This document shows, piece after piece, positions 10,507 to 19,114 of a stretch of 64,000 nucleotides of DNA (position 1 is the stretch's first letter; each line of letters begins with the position of its first letter). Origin of the DNA: an uncultured Bacteroidota bacterium (GTDB lineage Bacteria; Bacteroidota; Ignavibacteria; UBA10030; UBA6906); NCBI GenBank assembly GCA_963700635.1, contig CAVOYH010000003.1, positions 192,001-256,000 of the forward strand. Direction: 5' to 3'. The translations under genes and the position numbers were made by a program. The notes beneath the pieces are model-generated. The model searched no databases. It saw only the letters and a list, made by a program, of their open reading frames with translations, and had not been told where the DNA came from.

Positions 10507-11361
10507 ATGTTTCGTATTATCCGCACCGATGTTCTTGCCCCGACCATCACACGATTTGAGATCGAGGCCCCTTTTGTCGCACGGAAACGTAAGGCGGGCA
10601 ATTTTGTCATGATCCGCATCGACAATAATGGCGAACGTATACCCCTCACCATTGCCGACAGCGATCCCGAAAAAGGGACTATCACTATTATAGTGCAGGC
10701 CGTCGGAAAGACCACAAAACAACTCTGCGGTCTGGCCGCAGGCGACACCATTCTTGATGTCGTCGGACCGCTGGGTACCCCGACTCCCATCGCTCACCAC
10801 GGAACGGTCGTGTGTGTCGGCGGCGGCGTGGGAACGGCAGAGCTGTATCCCATTGCCCATGCCCTCAAAGAGGCGGGCAATACCGTGCTGTCGATTGTGG
10901 GAGCGCGATCGCGCGACCTCGTCATTCTGGAACAGGAAATGGTCTCCCTGTCCGATCATCTCTACATCACCACCGACGACGGCTCGTACGGACGGAAAGG
11001 CTTCGTCACCGATCAGCTCAAAGAGCTCCTGGATACCGTCAAGGGAATAGGCGCAGTCTTTGCCATCGGTCCCATCCCCATGATGAAGGCCGTGTCCGCG
11101 CTCACCAAACCGTACAACGTACACACGCTTGTTTCACTAAACACCATTATGGTCGACGGTACGGGCATGTGCGGCGGTTGCCGCGTAACGATAAATGGCG
11201 AGATGAAATTTGCCTGTGTAGACGGCCCGGAGTTTGACGGTCATATGGTGGATTTTGATGAACTGATGATGCGCAATAGAACGTACGGGGATCTCGAACG
11301 GACGGCGGACGAACGGCATGCCTGCAGAATTGCCACCGCAACGCAGGAGAACATCCGATGA
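10507..11361 (+). CDS. nfnA: NADH-dependent reduced ferredoxin:NADP+ oxidoreductase small subunit (NfnA/SudB, PyrK-like)
   Basis: ERIPLTIAD, GPLG, GGGVG, DGTGMCGGCRV...FACVDGPEFD [2Fe-2S] motif. Confidence 0.9.
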   Translation: MFRIIRTDVLAPTITRFEIEAPFVARKRKAGNFVMIRIDNNGERIPLTIADSDPEKGTITIIVQAVGKTTKQLCGLAAGDTILDVVGPLGTPTPIAHHGTVVCVGGGVGTAELYPIAHALKEAGNTVLSIVGARSRDLVILEQEMVSLSDHLYITTDDGSYGRKGFVTDQLKELLDTVKGIGAVFAIGPIPMMKAVSALTKPYNVHTLVSLNTIMVDGTGMCGGCRVTINGEMKFACVDGPEFDGHMVDFDELMMRNRTYGDLERTADERHACRIATATQENIR

Positions 11362-12788
11362 CAATTCCGAACCCGCTCAAGCCATCCGAACGGATGAAGA
11401 TTCCCCGTCAGGAGTCCATCGAGCAGGATCCCGGCGCGCGAAGCACCAATTTTCTTGAAGTATCGTTCGGCTTCGATATGGACCGCACGATCATCGAAGC
11501 CAAACGCTGTCTCGACTGCAAAACGCCGTATTGTATCGACGGATGCCCCGTCGGGATCGACATCCCCAGCTTCATCGGGCTTGTGCTGGAGAAAGATTAT
11601 ATCGGAGCGGTCCGGAAGATTCGCGAGGCCAACTATCTCCCCGCCATTTGCGGACGCGTCTGCCCTCAGGAGACACAGTGCGAAGAGCTCTGCGTTCTCG
11701 GGAAGAAACTGACACCGGTTGCCATCGGAAAACTCGAACGGTTTGTGGCGGATTACGAGATGCGCGAAAACCTGTTTGAGCCGCCTGTCATCAAGGAACG
11801 CCGGGAAGAAAAAATCGCGATCGTGGGATCCGGTCCGGCCGGACTGACCTGCGCGGCCGAGCTCGCACAAATGGGATATCAGGTTACCATCTTCGAAGCC
11901 CTTCACGCGGTCGGGGGGGTGTTACGCTATGGGATCCCCGAATTCCGGCTCCCGAAAGAGATCCTGGACATCGAAACAGACCGGATCAAGGCCCTTGGGG
12001 TCGAAATCTATACGAACTTTGTCGTGGGAAGGACCGCCACCATTGACGAATTTTTCGATGAGTGGAAATTCTCCGCGATCTTTCTGGCGACGGGCGCCGG
12101 GACTCCAACCTTCATGGGGATTCCGGGAGAGAACCTGAGCGGAGTGTATTCCGCGAATGAATTTCTCACACGCGTCAACCTGATGGGCGCCTACAAGTTT
12201 CCGGACGTTGACACACCCATTCGTATCGGCAAACAGGTGGCGGTGATCGGCGGCGGGAATACTGCCATGGATGCCGTGCGAACCGCGAAGCGGCTTGGGG
12301 CTGAAAAGGCGTATCTGATCTACCGCCGGTCGCGCCAGGAAATGCCTGCACGGCAGGAAGAAATTCATCATGCCGAGCAGGAAGGCATCGAACTTTTGCT
12401 TCTGACCAACCCCACCCGCATCATCGGCGACGAGCAGAACTGGGTCTCGGGAATTGAATGTCAGCGGATGGAACTCGGCGAACCCGACGAGTCAGGCAGG
12501 AGGAAACCTGTTGCCGTTCAAGGATCTGAGTTCCGCCTTGCGGTGCAAACGATCGTCGAAGCGATTGGACAGAGACCAAACCCGATCATCCAGTCCACCA
12601 CGCCGGGGCTGACCACCAGCAAACGCGGCACCGTGGTGACGGATGAGACACAAAAGACCAGCAGGCGGGGGATCTTTGCGGGTGGGGATCTGTCGCGCGG
12701 AGGCGCGACGGTCATTCTGGCGATGCGCGATGGAAAGCAGGCATCCGCTGCTATTCACGAATTCCTGACAGGAACATCCGGCGCCTAG
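11358..12788 (+). CDS. nfnB: NfnB/SudA large subunit (GltD-like flavo-iron-sulfur protein)
   Basis: RCLDC-x4-CIDGCPV, CGRVCPQETQCE, GSGPAGL, GGGNTAMD, YRRSRQEMPAR, GGATVILAM. ATGA-coupled to nfnA. Confidence 0.9.
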   Translation: MTIPNPLKPSERMKIPRQESIEQDPGARSTNFLEVSFGFDMDRTIIEAKRCLDCKTPYCIDGCPVGIDIPSFIGLVLEKDYIGAVRKIREANYLPAICGRVCPQETQCEELCVLGKKLTPVAIGKLERFVADYEMRENLFEPPVIKERREEKIAIVGSGPAGLTCAAELAQMGYQVTIFEALHAVGGVLRYGIPEFRLPKEILDIETDRIKALGVEIYTNFVVGRTATIDEFFDEWKFSAIFLATGAGTPTFMGIPGENLSGVYSANEFLTRVNLMGAYKFPDVDTPIRIGKQVAVIGGGNTAMDAVRTAKRLGAEKAYLIYRRSRQEMPARQEEIHHAEQEGIELLLLTNPTRIIGDEQNWVSGIECQRMELGEPDESGRRKPVAVQGSEFRLAVQTIVEAIGQRPNPIIQSTTPGLTTSKRGTVVTDETQKTSRRGIFAGGDLSRGGATVILAMRDGKQASAAIHEFLTGTSGA

Positions 12789-13971
12789 CGGTTCTGAAGC
12801 ACATAGGCCCGCGTAATAATCGGATCCACATTGTGCCGCGAAAGAATCCGGTCGATCATCCCGGTGGTGAGCACAGTATCCGCAGGCAGCAGTTTGATAC
12901 CGCCCGAAGTCACCAGTTCGGTGGCAAGGACCATTCCTGGCTCCAGGGCCTGGACGGCCACTTCCTTTTTCCCTGTATCCAATCCGCATCAACCACAGCC
13001 ATCAGGTATTCCTCGGTAAGTTGCACAAGGCGGGCATCGAACAGCGTACCGCTGCCGGATGTCAGGCGTTGCCGGATGACCCGGGGATCCAGCGACTCAC
13101 CTTCCTCAACAGCGTTGATAATCCGGAGAATCCGTGAACCAAGGGGGATCTGATCTCTGAGCAGGTGGTCCGGCAATCCGGTGCCATCCACGTTCTCCGC
13201 CTGATGCCGTAGCAGATGTCCCACCTCACGAAGCTGGGGTACATTCCCGACGATCATGTGACCGAAGAGGGGAAACTGCGCCATCGTATCTCTGTCTACC
13301 TGCGTCCATGCCGCACGGTCTTTCGTCAGTACTCCGTCTGCCACAACAACTTTTCCGATTTCATGCAGTTTGGCAGCCAGCACGATATTGTGCAGGGACT
13401 CTTCTGGAAAACTCAGGCGGGTACAAATCCAGCGGGCATACGCACCGGCGCGTTGGGAGCGGCCTGCGGCCGCCGGCACACGCAAACTGACAATATTCAC
13501 AAGCAGGGCCGTGAGAGCGTCGAGATGCTCACCCAGCGCTGTATTCAGACGCTTAAGTTCTGTTCCGTCCGCCTTGAGTTGATCCTGCATCTTTTTGATA
13601 CGGAGCAGCGCGCGGATGCGCGACAAAAATTCCACGGGCGGGAATGGCTTCACGATGTAGTCGTCCACCCCGGCCTCATACCCCTTCAGTTTTGTCTGCA
13701 TCTCCCCCGCGCCTGTGAGCATCATGACCATCGCGTCGTGCAGCAGGGTATTCTGGCGGACCCATTCAACGAAGTCGAGTCCGCTCTCTTCTCCGAGCAG
13801 CAGATCGACCACGATCAGTGAGGGTGTGTCCCATTCGGCGAGTCGTTTTGCTTCAGCGATATTCTGGGCGGAAGCGACGTTGTACAGCCCTTCGGCTGTT
13901 AACAGATCCTTTACCATCTTAAGGGCAACAGGATCATCGTCGACCAGGAGTATAACCGGACGGAGCTTCAT
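12785..13971 (-). CDS. Response regulator with degenerate HD-GYP domain and C-terminal PGMVLA module; reading frame broken (-1) at about 12967-12973
   Basis: ORF 12910-13971 encodes REC + HD-GYP-like (LHEIGK, HQAENVDGTGLP). ORF 12785-12982 supplies the natural C-terminus (KKEVAVQALEPGMVLATEL) in the -1 frame after CAG GGA AAA A. Confidence 0.8.
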
Positions 13972-14756
13972 GACCCCTCTCCTGCAATAAACTTCACCAC
14001 AATGCTGACCCGCCGGTTGGTAACGTCGTAGGGATCCCGGGCATTCTTGAGCCGGCTATCCGCATAGCCGCGCACCTCGTCGAACCGCGCCATCGGTACG
14101 CCATTACGCACGAGCACCCGGCGCGCGCTATTCGCGCGATCGGCACTGAGTTCGAAATTCGTGTAGCCATCATTGGTCGAATAGGGCCGGCTGTCCGTAT
14201 GACCTTCGATGATAAGATGGTTGGGTAACTTTGCAATTTCATCCGCGATGATCTTCAGCAGATCGACGGCTTCCCGTTTCATGCTTGCGGTACCAACATC
14301 AAAAAAGAATGACTCCGACCTGTCCAGCAATTCGATCCGCAACCCTTCACGGATAATCTCTATATTCACCTGGTCGGCGAGTTTACTGAGCCCCGGTTTG
14401 CCGCTTAGTTCCTGGAGAATCTGTTGTGCCATCGCCTGCAGATGGAGCGAATCTTGCTGGCGTTTGAGTCGGTCCTCCATAATTTTTTGTTCACCCAGGG
14501 GCAATTGTTTCGACTCAAAGACTCCCCCTCCCTTTGTATTCTCCATAAACGCCCCGGGGTCTTTGAAGTACTCTGCGACGTAGGATTTCACCTGCTGGCT
14601 TTGGCCGACGATCCAGAGCACGATGAAGAGTGCCATCATGGCGGTCACAAAATCAGCATAGGCCACCTTCCACGCACCCCCGTGGTGCCCGCCGTGGCGG
14701 ACCTTCTTTTTGATGATGCGTATGGGAGGGTTTTGCGATTGATCAAACGGATCCAT
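13968..14756 (-). CDS. motB: Flagellar stator MotB (E. coli-like type)
   Basis: HHGGAWKVAYADFVTAMMALF, OmpA-like EGHTD...NFELSADRA...NRRV. Confidence 0.93.
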   Translation of the reverse strand: MDPFDQSQNPPIRIIKKKVRHGGHHGGAWKVAYADFVTAMMALFIVLWIVGQSQQVKSYVAEYFKDPGAFMENTKGGGVFESKQLPLGEQKIMEDRLKRQQDSLHLQAMAQQILQELSGKPGLSKLADQVNIEIIREGLRIELLDRSESFFFDVGTASMKREAVDLLKIIADEIAKLPNHLIIEGHTDSRPYSTNDGYTNFELSADRANSARRVLVRNGVPMARFDEVRGYADSRLKNARDPYDVTNRRVSIVVKFIAGEGS

Positions 14757-14765
14757 GGAATCGGC

Positions 14766-15632
14766 CTATGCTTGCTGAGCTTTGGCGCTGCGGACCGCAT
14801 CTTCGAGTTCTGCGAACGATGGCCGCACGCTATGAAAAATGACTCGTCGGGAGAATTCCACCACAATAATCGGGGCATTCCCCTTGGCATAGGCGACGAT
14901 GCCGGCTTTGATACACTCCAGGAACCGTGCTTCCGACGCCTGGAGCAGCTCGATATGTGTTGCGAGGGGCTGCACAAAACCATACGATGCCAGAATACCG
15001 ATGAAGGTGCCCACCAAAGCCACTGCGACTTTATGCCCGATCTCCTCGGGAGGTCCGCTGATGGCCTGCATGGTAATCACGATACCCAGAACAGCAGCCA
15101 CAATTCCAAGTCCCGGAAGCGCATCTCCGATTTTCTGAATCAGAGCCGGTGCCGAAGCGCCCTCGGCATGGTGGCTGTCCAGGTCCGCATCCAGCAATGC
15201 TTCCACATCATACGGCGGCACACCCCCACCGAGAAGAAGCTTCATGGTATCGCACAGATAAAACAGCGCATGGTGATGCTGGAGAAGAAATGCATTCTTT
15301 GAGAATACCGTGCTCTTTTCAGGATCCATCACGTGCGGCTCGAGCGCGATCAAGCCATCCCGCTTGGCCACCGTAAACAGATCAAAAAGCGTCAGAAGAA
15401 GCTCGAGATAACGCTTTTTTGTGAACGGGTCGCCTTTAAACACTCCGAGCGTCTGGGCAAGCACCATTTTCAGTTGCACCAGCGGGGTCATAACCATCAG
15501 AGACCCTATCGCCGCGCCGCCGATGATCAGGAACTCGACGGGTTGGATGAGAACCATGAGTGGTCCACCTTCCAGCACAAAGCCCCCGAGGACTCCTATG
15601 AGTACGATTGCAGCGCCTATAATGACAAACAT
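14766..15632 (-). CDS. motA: Flagellar stator MotA (E. coli-like type)
   Basis: QPVEFLIIGGAAIG, DALPGLGIVAAVLGIV, ALVGTFIGILASYG, RPSFAELE. Confidence 0.93.
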   Translation of the reverse strand: MFVIIGAAIVLIGVLGGFVLEGGPLMVLIQPVEFLIIGGAAIGSLMVMTPLVQLKMVLAQTLGVFKGDPFTKKRYLELLLTLFDLFTVAKRDGLIALEPHVMDPEKSTVFSKNAFLLQHHHALFYLCDTMKLLLGGGVPPYDVEALLDADLDSHHAEGASAPALIQKIGDALPGLGIVAAVLGIVITMQAISGPPEEIGHKVAVALVGTFIGILASYGFVQPLATHIELLQASEARFLECIKAGIVAYAKGNAPIIVVEFSRRVIFHSVRPSFAELEDAVRSAKAQQA

Positions 15633-15653
15633 GGTAGTCCTGTCTCTTCTGCG

Positions 15654-15884
15654 TTAATCTTTCGTGTCCTTTGCTCCGGCCACCACGGCACTGCTGCCCG
15701 ACCGATCCGGAGAATGGGGTCCATGTGTTTCCGCAGCGCCGTGCGGCTCTGTACGAATCACGCGCACGCCTGGAGGTGCATCAATCCCGAGCTTTACCTG
15801 TCCACCCCGTATGGCAATCACTTTCACGACGATATTATCGCCGATCTTGATTGCTTCCGAGATTTTTCGTGAAAGCACCAGCAT
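15654..15884 (-). CDS. csrA: Carbon storage regulator CsrA
   Basis: MLVLSRK...IKIGDNI...QVKLGIDAP...VIRTE, adjacent to fliW. Confidence 0.9.
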   Translation of the reverse strand: MLVLSRKISEAIKIGDNIVVKVIAIRGGQVKLGIDAPPGVRVIRTEPHGAAETHGPHSPDRSGSSAVVAGAKDTKD

Positions 15885-15886
15885 GC

Positions 15887-16300
15887 TCACGTCCCTTCAA
15901 TGACGGCGTGTACTTCTATCGGAAACCTTTCCGGTAACGCCGCATCATCAAGCGTTACCTGTTCGCCCGTGCGGGGCCCGTTACGGATAATGATGGGATG
16001 GCGGAGATCGAGCCACCATGCCACGTCACCCTCTCCTGTCGTCACAATCACGAATGTGGTGGTCCCTTCGGCCAGGTTCTCGCAACTTGTGTTACCGTTC
16101 AGGACCACGGTCGGATCGAGCACGGTCAGCGCAAGATCCGGATCGTCAACACTTACCAGCCACTGAAACGGAGATGTCCGTTCATCATTAACGATAACAA
16201 GCCGTGTACAATCTTTCCGCTCCAGAAGTCCGTCTGGAAACCGTATCATCTGCTCTTCCGAGCAGGAGATCTCGCCGAAAAGTGTGCTCACAAACTTCAT
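15887..16300 (-). CDS. fliW: Flagellar assembly factor FliW (divergent)
   Basis: TLFGEI, IRFPDGL, FQWLVS, PIII, GEQV motifs; position next to csrA. Confidence 0.8.
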   Translation of the reverse strand: MKFVSTLFGEISCSEEQMIRFPDGLLERKDCTRLVIVNDERTSPFQWLVSVDDPDLALTVLDPTVVLNGNTSCENLAEGTTTFVIVTTGEGDVAWWLDLRHPIIIRNGPRTGEQVTLDDAALPERFPIEVHAVIEGT

Positions 16301-17055
16301 AGGCGTTTCCTCCGGGGAGTCCCTGGCGCAAGGGCTTCCGCCGTGTGTATGGATGGTTGATGTTGTACCTCGCCCGTGGCGATGATAACAATATCCACCC
16401 TTCTGTTCTTCGATCGATCCCCGGGCGTCTCGTTGGAAGCGATGGGAAAGAACTCCGAATACCCGACCACCGATACTCGCTCCTGAATCAGGCCGTGACG
16501 CTGTATAAGATAGTAGGCCACGTTGAGTGCGCGGGCAACGGAGAGATGCCAGTTCGACGGAAATTGTATGGTGCTGATGGGGACATTGTCGGTATGTCCC
16601 TCCACACGCAAGTCGTTCGGGAGTGTGCGCAGCACGCCTGCGAGAGTGTCGAGGGCGGTCAGGGACGTCTGTTTGATCTCCGCGCTCCCCGATGCAAAGA
16701 GGAGTTCTTCCAGGATATGGATGGTGACGCCGCGTTCATTTTCCGTGACGGTGATCGGGAGGTTCTGTGAATCCAGCTGCAGGGCGTTCCTTACGTCCTG
16801 CACAATCTGCTGGCGCTCGGACTTCAGCGCTGACCCCGGCTGTTCAATCATCGAGGCATTTCCCACCAGAATCCCCCGGGGGGAACCAAAAACGCCGTTG
16901 AGTGCTGATGCTATTTCTGCATACTTGCCTGCGTCAACTTTTGAAATTGCATACAGGATGACGAACAGTCCGAGCAGCAAGGTGATAAGATCGGCGTAGG
17001 TCAGAAGCCATCGATCTTCGTTGCCGTGATGCTGTTGTCTGCGCGTGCGTCTCAT
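16297..17055 (-). CDS. motB: Flagellar stator MotB (second type)
   Basis: DRWLLTYADLITLLLGLF, VEGHTDNVPI, FPSNWHLSVARA, NRRVDI. Confidence 0.93.
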   Translation of the reverse strand: MRRTRRQQHHGNEDRWLLTYADLITLLLGLFVILYAISKVDAGKYAEIASALNGVFGSPRGILVGNASMIEQPGSALKSERQQIVQDVRNALQLDSQNLPITVTENERGVTIHILEELLFASGSAEIKQTSLTALDTLAGVLRTLPNDLRVEGHTDNVPISTIQFPSNWHLSVARALNVAYYLIQRHGLIQERVSVVGYSEFFPIASNETPGDRSKNRRVDIVIIATGEVQHQPSIHTAEALAPGTPRRKRL

Positions 17056-17834
17056 CGTTTTTCCGGCTCCTGTTCACCCGCAGGAAGCATGCTGTTCAGT
17101 TTGGCTTTGATGACCGAAGGGATTTCCCCCGCCTGAATCGCCAGAATCCCCTCGACAATCATGTCCATAAAAAGGTATTCTTCGTTGTGGATGTACTTCA
17201 GCTTGTCCGCGATGGGCAGCCAGACGATATTCGCCATAAACACCCCCCAGAGTGTCGCGACGAAGGCACTTGCGATGTGCCGGATCAGCGTATCCGGATC
17301 CTCGCCCGCAGACGCCAGTGTCGCGATGAGCCCCATCACCGTTCCGATGATGCCCATTGTCGGGGAGTACCCGCCCATCTTCTGGAAGAGCGAGGCGCTT
17401 TGTGTATGCCGTTCAGTCACATAATCCACTTCCGTTTCAGCGAGCGATCGGAGGATTTCCGGTTCGGTGCCATCAATTGCAAAGCGAAGAATCTTGCGCA
17501 TAAACAGATTCTCCACTTTGCCGAGTTCTTTTTCCAGTGCGAGAAGGCCGTCCTTACGCGCGATGGTGGAAAACCGCACCAGCGTGTTAATCGCGTCCTG
17601 CATTGCGTACGTCGGAGGATAGACGACCAGTTTGATCATCTTCCCCATGCGCAGAAACGTCTTGAGCGACGTGCCGACAAGGGCGGCGGCAAACGTACCG
17701 CCAAAAACAATAAGCATGGCGGGGGGGAGCAACAGTCCCTCCATATTCCCGCCTTCCCAGAGGAAGGAACCGAATACGGCAGCCATGCCGAGAAAGAGAC
17801 CCAGGGTAGTTGCTATGTCAAGGGAACGTCTCAT
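17052..17834 (-). CDS. motA: Flagellar stator MotA (Firmicute/PomA-like type)
   Basis: IVFGGTFAA, ARKDGLLALE, YSPTMGIIGTVMGL, AFVATLWGV, EGILAIQAGE. Confidence 0.93.
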   Translation of the reverse strand: MRRSLDIATTLGLFLGMAAVFGSFLWEGGNMEGLLLPPAMLIVFGGTFAAALVGTSLKTFLRMGKMIKLVVYPPTYAMQDAINTLVRFSTIARKDGLLALEKELGKVENLFMRKILRFAIDGTEPEILRSLAETEVDYVTERHTQSASLFQKMGGYSPTMGIIGTVMGLIATLASAGEDPDTLIRHIASAFVATLWGVFMANIVWLPIADKLKYIHNEEYLFMDMIVEGILAIQAGEIPSVIKAKLNSMLPAGEQEPEKR

Positions 17835-17837
17835 TAC

Positions 17838-19112
17838 CTATTTCAGAAAGTTGAGAAGCGACTTGGGTATTATTGCCGCCGCGGCACTGAGCGCCGCATC
17901 CAGCATCAGCTGTTCCTGCTTTAACTTCATGCCTATCTCGGCAAGGTCAATGTCCTGGGTCGCAGAACGCAGATCCAGAAGGTGTTCACGCTGTGCGGTC
18001 AGATAATCGTTGGCGTTCGTCAGACTCGAGGAATACGAAGCTGCCCGCGACTGTTCGCGCATCACCACATTCTGCATCATGTCGAGCATGGCCATGTCAT
18101 CGGCGGTCGGACGTTGTCCGCTTCTGAGATGATCTCTCATTTCCAGAAGTTTGTTGAACACGGAGATATTCTGATGGGTGCCGCTCAGTGTTGATGGCGC
18201 GCCGCCGGTGTCACCTTCGGTCATCGTCCCGGCACGAAACATCATGGTCAGAGGAGGCGCCGCCCCACCGGGCACTGCTCCGGCCGGGGACAACATCAGG
18301 GGCGTTCCGCGCACGATGTCGTTTACCTGTCCGGTCACAGGGTCAAAGCTCACCGTCGCTGATCCGCCCGTCAGCGTGGTTCCGGTGGTTCCTGGAGGAA
18401 GCGCTGCCGACAGAGCCCACGTAGTGGCTGCTGTCTTCTTCATGGTGATCTCAATATCGTGCACCACTCCCGTCCCATCGGTGATCTGCATGGTGCTCGT
18501 GACGGTCGCGTTCAGCGGCGCATTCCGGTCAAGCATGCCCCCGAGAGAAATCTCGCCGGTTGATGTGAATGCCGCCATGCCGTTCACGTTTACCACCTGC
18601 GAAACACCTTCGCCCACCTGATACTGTATGGTCCGTGCGTCACCCTGATAGGTTATCTGTGCCGGACTGCCGGTGCGGACAAACGGAGGGGAACCGGTTC
18701 TTGTCCCGCCAAAAATGTACTTCTGATCAAACTGGGTGTTTGCGATTTCGGTCCCGATCGCGAGATACTGGTCCACCTGATTGGCGAATTGATTCAGCAG
18801 AGCCAGATCGCCGGTGCCCACGGCACCGTTGAGTAAGGACTTTACGTCACCCAGCAGATCTGACACACGACCGAGGCTGTCTGCCGTCACCTTCACAAGA
18901 CTCTGCCCCTGAACAACGTTGTTTTTGAACGTCCCTAGGCGGTCCAGGTCTGCATTGAGCCGCAGGATGGTACTCGCCGCGGCGGGGTCATCGGAAACGC
19001 GAAGGATGCGTTTCTGAGTTGCCAGCTGGGTATTCAGGCGGTTTATCCGGCCCTTGCTGCGATTGATGCTGGACAGGAAGTCCCCGATAATCGACGTATC
19101 TGCTATGCGCAT
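17838..19112 (-). CDS. flgL: Hook-filament junction protein FlgL (HAP3) with inserted FlgE-D2-like domain
   Basis: MRI start, LATQKRILRVSDDP, KYIFGG, PF, C-terminal SLLNFLK; directly after flgK. Confidence 0.9.
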   Translation of the reverse strand: MRIADTSIIGDFLSSINRSKGRINRLNTQLATQKRILRVSDDPAAASTILRLNADLDRLGTFKNNVVQGQSLVKVTADSLGRVSDLLGDVKSLLNGAVGTGDLALLNQFANQVDQYLAIGTEIANTQFDQKYIFGGTRTGSPPFVRTGSPAQITYQGDARTIQYQVGEGVSQVVNVNGMAAFTSTGEISLGGMLDRNAPLNATVTSTMQITDGTGVVHDIEITMKKTAATTWALSAALPPGTTGTTLTGGSATVSFDPVTGQVNDIVRGTPLMLSPAGAVPGGAAPPLTMMFRAGTMTEGDTGGAPSTLSGTHQNISVFNKLLEMRDHLRSGQRPTADDMAMLDMMQNVVMREQSRAASYSSSLTNANDYLTAQREHLLDLRSATQDIDLAEIGMKLKQEQLMLDAALSAAAAIIPKSLLNFLK

Positions 19113-19114
19113 GG

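Noticed and set aside
11358-12788. Annotation as glutamate synthase small subunit gltD
   Set aside because: No gltB is adjacent, and coupling to a PyrK-like gene indicates NfnAB/SudAB.
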